Positions 59,327 to 64,000 of a DNA stretch of 64,000 bases are shown here, piece after piece. The position numbers and the translations under genes are program-made. This DNA comes from an uncultured virus (IMG/VR IMGVR_UViG_3300042914_001978) (taxonomy: Duplodnaviria > Heunggongvirae > Uroviricota > Caudoviricetes): the IMG/VR virus record IMGVR_UViG_3300042914_001978, one strand, 5' to 3'. The notes under the pieces are model-generated. The model saw nothing but the letters and a program-made list of their open reading frames with translations, searched no databases and was not told where the DNA came from. The stretch's first letter is position 1. Each line of letters begins with the position of its first letter.

Positions 59327-61035
59327 CGCGCTGTTGACGAGTTAATCCTGACGTAATTCCTTACCAATGAAGATGTTCTGGTTTTGAGCCACACGCCGTC
59401 ACCAGAGGCAGAATCTCGCGTTCCTCGACCATTGGTATTGTGTGTAGGTATGTAATTATCAGTAATGAAAAGTTTTGATTTTGCGGACACGGAAATACAC
59501 TGAACTTCTCCCGTTCCGCAACTTTCAACAGAAACAATCCTTCTAGCCCATGCTGCATTTCTAAATTTAAACCTGTCGGCCTTTCTTTTTAATCTGAACA
59601 AATTAAAAAACGGCATATTTATGTTTTGAAGTCTGTAACAATCTCTGGCTCTTTTGGGTGTTTTTTGGGTTGGGGATGTATAAAATATATTTGTTTTCAG
59701 ATTCAAAGCACAACGCCCGCCCAACGAACGAATGACATCCATTAAATCTTCGCTAAGTTTTTGAGATGATGAGGCAAATTCGCACCTTCCAATCTTATCA
59801 ACGGTTCCATCCGAGTCCATTAAACCCTGAACCAAACTTAATCTATCTTCAATAGATGCCATTTTGTATGCGTATGGTATAAACTTCTCAAAAGATTTTT
59901 TACCGTAAAGACCTAACCCCTTTAAAATGCGTATCATTTCGTTTTTCCCAGTTATTGAAACAATCCTGTGGTTTCCCCTTACCGCATTTTTATTTGAAAT
60001 GTGGGGCTTGATAATATGTCCAGAGATAAGACTATTTCCAACATAATTAATTATCTCTTCATCAACATTTGTAAAACCCAAATAGCCTCCAGACATTCCG
60101 CCTTCTCCCAAAAGCAAACCCATTAAATATGGATCTATGGGAAGATCATCGCTTTTTGCAAAATCTACTGGATGTATTTGCGGAACCCTTGGTCTTGCTT
60201 TTGTTTTTTCAATAAGATATTTAAGGTCAACAGTGCTCAACACTTTGTCTTTAACGCCATAGACCTGAACCGTCCATAAATGCTCATCACACGCAATTGC
60301 GCTGGATTTATCTTGTAGACTAATCTTGTATAGATCTCTTTTACCTTTTTTAAAAACTCCAGTAACAAATGATGTTTCGCCGCTTGGATCAACGACTGCA
60401 TCTCCAACCTTAATATCTTTCATTAATTTAAACCCATTCGGCGTCAAAACTTTTGATGTTAACGGCAGGGCATTTCCCTCCACGCATTGGAAGTTTTTTT
60501 CACCAACCTTGACCACAATCCCGATATGGGAAAAATCAAAGATGACAAAGTCCCCCACTTGAGGCTTGGCTTTTGAGGATAAAACCTTGGTGGTAGCGGG
60601 ACGCCCCTTTGCCCACTGGATATACCCGAATGCTGCTGCGGTCTTGGGTCTCCACTTGTCAGGAGTCATCACCTTTAGCCCCAGCCACTCGGCATTCTCC
60701 TTGTCCTTGAGCCACTCTTGAATTACCCAACCCGTAAACGCCGCACACCACGGCCATGAAGCTGGCTTCAGACTGGTTGCCGATTGGTACTTGCGGATCT
60801 TGGCCCCGTTGTTGTTGCCGCCAGACTCCTTCACCCCGACTTGGGATAGGGCAATCTTGGCCAGATTCTCAAGAGCCTTTGGGGTCTTCTGTTTCGGGGC
60901 GGGCTTGGCCTTGGCTTCTTTTGGCGGTTCGGGCTTTAAGCTCTCTTGCGATTCGGACGGCAAGCTCGGTGAGGACGGCGCTTGGCCAGTATCAAAGCCG
61001 ATAAAACCAAAGAGTTTCTGGATTAACTTTAACAT
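59323..61035 (-). CDS. CHAP-domain endolysin interrupted by an intein
   Basis: SQVGVKE, PWCAAF, FSHIGIV, VEGN|intein|TN. Confidence 0.88.
   Translation of the reverse strand: MLKLIQKLFGFIGFDTGQAPSSPSLPSESQESLKPEPPKEAKAKPAPKQKTPKALENLAKIALSQVGVKESGGNNNGAKIRKYQSATSLKPASWPWCAAFTGWVIQEWLKDKENAEWLGLKVMTPDKWRPKTAAAFGYIQWAKGRPATTKVLSSKAKPQVGDFVIFDFSHIGIVVKVGEKNFQCVEGNALPLTSKVLTPNGFKLMKDIKVGDAVVDPSGETSFVTGVFKKGKRDLYKISLQDKSSAIACDEHLWTVQVYGVKDKVLSTVDLKYLIEKTKARPRVPQIHPVDFAKSDDLPIDPYLMGLLLGEGGMSGGYLGFTNVDEEIINYVGNSLISGHIIKPHISNKNAVRGNHRIVSITGKNEMIRILKGLGLYGKKSFEKFIPYAYKMASIEDRLSLVQGLMDSDGTVDKIGRCEFASSSQKLSEDLMDVIRSLGGRCALNLKTNIFYTSPTQKTPKRARDCYRLQNINMPFFNLFRLKRKADRFKFRNAAWARRIVSVESCGTGEVQCISVSAKSKLFITDNYIPTHNTNGRGTRDSASGDGVWLKTRTSSLVRNYVRINSSTAR
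59437..60471 (-). mobile_element. 345-aa class 3 intein with LAGLIDADG homing endonuclease
   Basis: Ala1 ALPLTSKVLTPNG, block B DEHLW, block F VQCISV, terminal THN, +1 Thr; LMGLLLGEG and VQGLMDSDG. Confidence 0.92.
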
Positions 61036-61097
61036 GGGGCCGACTGCTCACCCATTCATTTTACCACTTGCACTGACGCCTGCCAATATCCCAGTTC

Positions 61098-61274
61098 CTA
61101 GAAATCCGCTCCACCTCGGACTCCGATGGTGACGGAAGTTTTTCCATCATTGCCCCGCTTCCCTTTGACCCAGAAGCGGATGGAACTGAATAAACGGACA
61201 AGGAAACTTCTGCGATCTTCTTCGCGCTTTTTGGTAAATATGGCTTTGAGGACTTCATCTTTGATTGGTTTCAC
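61098..61274 (-). CDS. 58-aa lysis-region protein, not in ORF track
   Basis: GTG overlaps the upstream TGA; MKPIKDEVLKAIF..VTIGVRGGADF. Confidence 0.55.
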   Translation of the reverse strand: MKPIKDEVLKAIFTKKREEDRRSFLVRLFSSIRFWVKGKRGNDGKTSVTIGVRGGADF

Positions 61275-61606
61275 TTACGTTTACGCTTGGTTGCGGGCTT
61301 TTTGACTTCAATGGCCCTGCGGACTTCGGTGAAGGTAATAGGCCCAGCCACTCCATCCTCATCCGTATTGACCAAGGCTTGGATTTTTTTAACTCCCCTG
61401 ACGTTCACTTCGTTGGTGACGTAGTTAACGATAGAGATAAGGAGGGCAACAATAAAGCCTGTGAGACTGACCTGATCGACGGATTCGGCCAGCTTTGGAT
61501 CAACCATAGCAAGACGGGAGACAATAGCGGCTACCGCCATGGCGATGAGAGGTGTAAGAACACCGCCCGCCTTACTGACCAAGAATGCTAGAAGTTTGTC
61601 TTTCAT
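61271..61606 (-). CDS. holin-like membrane protein
   Basis: two hydrophobic helices; DGVAGPIT motif; basic tail; upstream of the endolysin. Confidence 0.55.
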   Translation of the reverse strand: MKDKLLAFLVSKAGGVLTPLIAMAVAAIVSRLAMVDPKLAESVDQVSLTGFIVALLISIVNYVTNEVNVRGVKKIQALVNTDEDGVAGPITFTEVRRAIEVKKPATKRKRK

Positions 61607-61887
61607 TGTTCGATTTTGACACGTTGGACAGCCGATTCAATAGTAAAACGAATCAAGGATTCGGAGGCATCAATCCCATTGCGGATGGCTGCGCTGGTGA
61701 GCTTTTTGACAGCGGCCTCGCGCTTTTGTGCGCCAGTTTTGCTGGTGTCGGCCAACTCGCGGACAATGTCCAAGGCGAGAGGTAGGAGGCTGGACGCCGC
61801 ATCCACAAACAATTCTTTAAGGATAGGTGCGTAGAAACTCCAGATTTTGGAAGGAATACCCAGAAGGGTGGCAAAGAATGATTTCAT
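61603..61887 (-). CDS. holin-like protein
   Basis: TGAQKREAA..IESAV pattern of LL-H-type holins. Confidence 0.5.
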   Translation of the reverse strand: MKSFFATLLGIPSKIWSFYAPILKELFVDAASSLLPLALDIVRELADTSKTGAQKREAAVKKLTSAAIRNGIDASESLIRFTIESAVQRVKIEQ

Positions 61888-61902
61888 ATATTTAAAGCTA
61901 GA

Positions 61903-62175
61903 CTAGAATCCTTTGGATTTCAAGTAATCTTCGATTCTTTTTGTGCGCTCATCAATGCGGGCTAGGGTCTCGGACCTCTCTTGGTTTTCCTTATTAATCA
62001 TTTCAATCCGCGCATCTTGTTTAGCATCATTAGCTTGGATAGACCGCATTTGTTCGGGCAAGACAACCCACCCATTGAGGGCGGAAAACGCTGTAACCAT
62101 CAAAGCTACTCCCGCGATCAACTCGCTCATAGTTAACTTGATCCCTCGTTCGTTGCGGACTGTTTCGATGCTCAT
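61903..62175 (-). CDS. membrane-anchored coiled-coil protein
   Basis: one TM segment then LARIDERTKRIE. Confidence 0.6.
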   Translation of the reverse strand: MSIETVRNERGIKLTMSELIAGVALMVTAFSALNGWVVLPEQMRSIQANDAKQDARIEMINKENQERSETLARIDERTKRIEDYLKSKGF

Positions 62176-63308
62176 GGTAGTGATAGTCCCGTCCCAATGG
62201 TGGATTTGTAAAGATCGTAAAGTTCCTCTCTTTTGTCATGTATATGCTTGTGAAACACGGCATGAATTGCATAAGTTCCCCTTGCGTCATTTTCATTTAA
62301 TACCCAATTGCCATTGGGGGCAGCCCCATCTGTTGATGCTGCGCCAAAAGCCGTTGGATTTGTTTTGTTGTAAGTAACAAAACCCGCTTCAGCACCATCA
62401 AGCGTTGCAATGTAACTGTGCCATTGCCCAAGATCAAATGATTCACGTGTGGCCGACACATACCTTGTGTCTGATGTGCTAATTCTATGGGTTCCGACTC
62501 CTGTAGAAACATTAATCCGAGTAGCAGATGGCCAACTTGCATCTTGCCTACTCCACAGAACAACCTTGTTGCCAGCATCAAGACTTGCATATTTTTGAAC
62601 ACCAAAAATAGCAAATTCCCCATAGCTATTTAGATTTGATGTGGCTCCAAAATTTATTTTTTGGCCGCTGGACGCACAGTCTATACCATCATTTTCCCAA
62701 GTCGGATTATTAACCAAAATTCCGTTATAAGTGCCAAGACCGCCCAAGCTGTAAGCCGTGGTTCCCGTGCCTGCGTTTTGGATGCTACGAAGTGGCCAAG
62801 CAACCATGGATTCCCACAGCCCAAGATTCTTTACTCCTTTAACAAATGCATCCAATCCCTCAATGTCCGTGGCTCCACTTGCGGCAATAAATGCCAATAC
62901 ATCACTGTCTGTTGATGTATAAATAATAATGGAAGCCACTTGATAGCGCCAAGGCCAGTCAATATAGGTGGCTAGGTTTGCGGGATTGGCCGTGTCACCG
63001 CGATAGGCGGCGGCAATATGTCCCAAAGCTTGTTTCTCACTCCAGTCCGTAGTGCCCGCGCTCGACCCCGAAACAACATCATAGATAGTTTTCCAGACAT
63101 ATTGTTTGGGAAGGGATATGTAATCTGCCTCGCTTTTGGGCGCGCCTTCGGCTACCGCAATCTTGGCCCACAAATACTGCTCTGGGAGGGTATAGTAATC
63201 CGCGACCGATCCCGAATACTGAACATTAACCAGCCACTGGGCAAGCATCATCCTTCGGGGCTGATCCGCCGCCGAAGCAAAAACACTATCTAAAGTAGGG
63301 AGAGCCAT
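62172..63308 (-). CDS. virion protein with LamG/concanavalin-like C-terminus
   Basis: repeated Y..LP..Y.W N-terminus; FVKGVKNLGLW; beta-rich C-terminus with GQWHSY. Confidence 0.55.
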   Translation of the reverse strand: MALPTLDSVFASAADQPRRMMLAQWLVNVQYSGSVADYYTLPEQYLWAKIAVAEGAPKSEADYISLPKQYVWKTIYDVVSGSSAGTTDWSEKQALGHIAAAYRGDTANPANLATYIDWPWRYQVASIIIYTSTDSDVLAFIAASGATDIEGLDAFVKGVKNLGLWESMVAWPLRSIQNAGTGTTAYSLGGLGTYNGILVNNPTWENDGIDCASSGQKINFGATSNLNSYGEFAIFGVQKYASLDAGNKVVLWSRQDASWPSATRINVSTGVGTHRISTSDTRYVSATRESFDLGQWHSYIATLDGAEAGFVTYNKTNPTAFGAASTDGAAPNGNWVLNENDARGTYAIHAVFHKHIHDKREELYDLYKSTIGTGLSLP

Positions 63309-63327
63309 AGCCTATGGTCTCCGTCCT

Positions 63328-63570
63328 TTAAGCCATGCCCATGATACGCTCACCCATGCCAGCCATCGGAGCGGCAGCTTCCATTTCGTCAGTAGCCTCG
63401 TCCTCCATCTCGTCTTCGTCTTCGGCTTCTTCAGCCGCAATCTCGACGCCAGCCAACATGGTGGGAACCAGCGAATCTCCATCAACACGGAAGGTCACAA
63501 GCTCTTCAAAGGTGTCGCCATCAGCAACATCTTCAGGCAGGGTATAATCAGTCGGTATAGTTAGTTTCAT
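63328..63570 (-). CDS. small acidic protein
   Basis: 80 aa with GAGGAG upstream. Confidence 0.65.
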   Translation of the reverse strand: MKLTIPTDYTLPEDVADGDTFEELVTFRVDGDSLVPTMLAGVEIAAEEAEDEDEMEDEATDEMEAAAPMAGMGERIMGMA

Positions 63571-63580
63571 AATAGTTATT

Positions 63581-63638
63581 CTCTCCTCATAGAGCTTGCC
63601 TTAGATTTTACTCCAAGGCAAGCCTTGATGAATAGAGA
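63581..63638 (-). promoter_or_regulatory. long imperfect hairpin covering the RBS of the next gene
   Basis: GCTTGCCTT/AAGGCAAGC core extended by flanking pairs that include GAGGAG. Confidence 0.5.
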
Positions 63639-63646
63639 CTAACTAA

Positions 63647-64000
63647 TTACGCGAGGTAACCGTATCCGCTATTGCTGGGACAGGTCATCAGGTCGCCCGC
63701 CAGATTGCAGCGGAGGTGGAGCAGATAGTACCCAAATTCAGGGAAGATCTGCTTCGCCGCGCAAGCCATCTTGGCGCGCCAGTAACCACTGTTTTTGTCA
63801 GGGTTGCAATTCTTGTCGTACTCGTTGATCCAGCGGAAGTCTCCGCGATAGTTCTGAGCATCATAAACAAGCTTGCCAACCTTGAGGTTCGGGTTCGGGA
63901 CGAGCCACTCAACGGCCTTCGGATGGAAGATAACCGTGGAGGTATACTTCGCAGCCTTGTAGGCGGGGTTGATGATGTATTTCGTTCCCTTGACCGCGCC
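63647..64000 (-). CDS. 3' end of probable major capsid protein (partial)
   Basis: open frame from 64000 to TAA 63647 (..NYRGDFRWIN..CNPDKNSGYWRA..); C-biased codons; followed by a hairpin. Confidence 0.55.
   Translation of the reverse strand, partial: GAVKGTKYIINPAYKAAKYTSTVIFHPKAVEWLVPNPNLKVGKLVYDAQNYRGDFRWINEYDKNCNPDKNSGYWRAKMACAAKQIFPEFGYYLLHLRCNLAGDLMTCPSNSGYGYLA

Noticed and set aside
61061..61258. 65-aa track ORF as a spanin
   Set aside because: No lipobox or TM segment; the alternative frame 61098-61274 is coupled to the upstream stop and more plausible
1..64000. Alternative genetic code or prophage integration
   Set aside because: Core genes are intact under code 11; no integrase, att site or host genes seen

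Overview
A 64-kb segment of a tailed dsDNA phage (Caudoviricetes). No host genes, integrase, tRNA or CRISPR array were seen. A Verrucomicrobiota/PVC-type aquatic host is only a guess, based on Thr/Asn-rich proteins and weak Shine-Dalgarno use. Layout: tail-fibre-like cassette and TerL (1-7.3 kb, -); divergent TerS-like gene, DnaB and small genes (7.3-13.4 kb); replication/nuclease/nucleotide genes (13.7-21.7 kb, +); a G/C-skewed non-coding stretch that may be the genome end (21.7-22.4 kb); an early region with GP88-like, ASCH and DUF932 genes (22.4-29 kb); DnaG; a glycosyl-/methyltransferase cluster (30.7-35 kb); a 2988-aa protein and ejection-like proteins (35-48 kb); recombination and HNH genes; a + strand island (52.7-57 kb); lysis genes; and a probable capsid 3' end. 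Most notable: (1) a 59-aa ORF missing from the ORF track (26806-26985) with a prokaryotic histone-fold signature; (2) a class 3 LAGLIDADG intein in the EGN|T motif of the CHAP endolysin; (3) a RusA-like resolvase whose N- and C-terminal motifs lie in two overlapping frames; (4) c4-like structured RNAs and an attenuator-like leader before the replication initiator; (5) chains of translationally coupled ~30-aa membrane peptides. All family calls are motif recognition by eye, not database searches.
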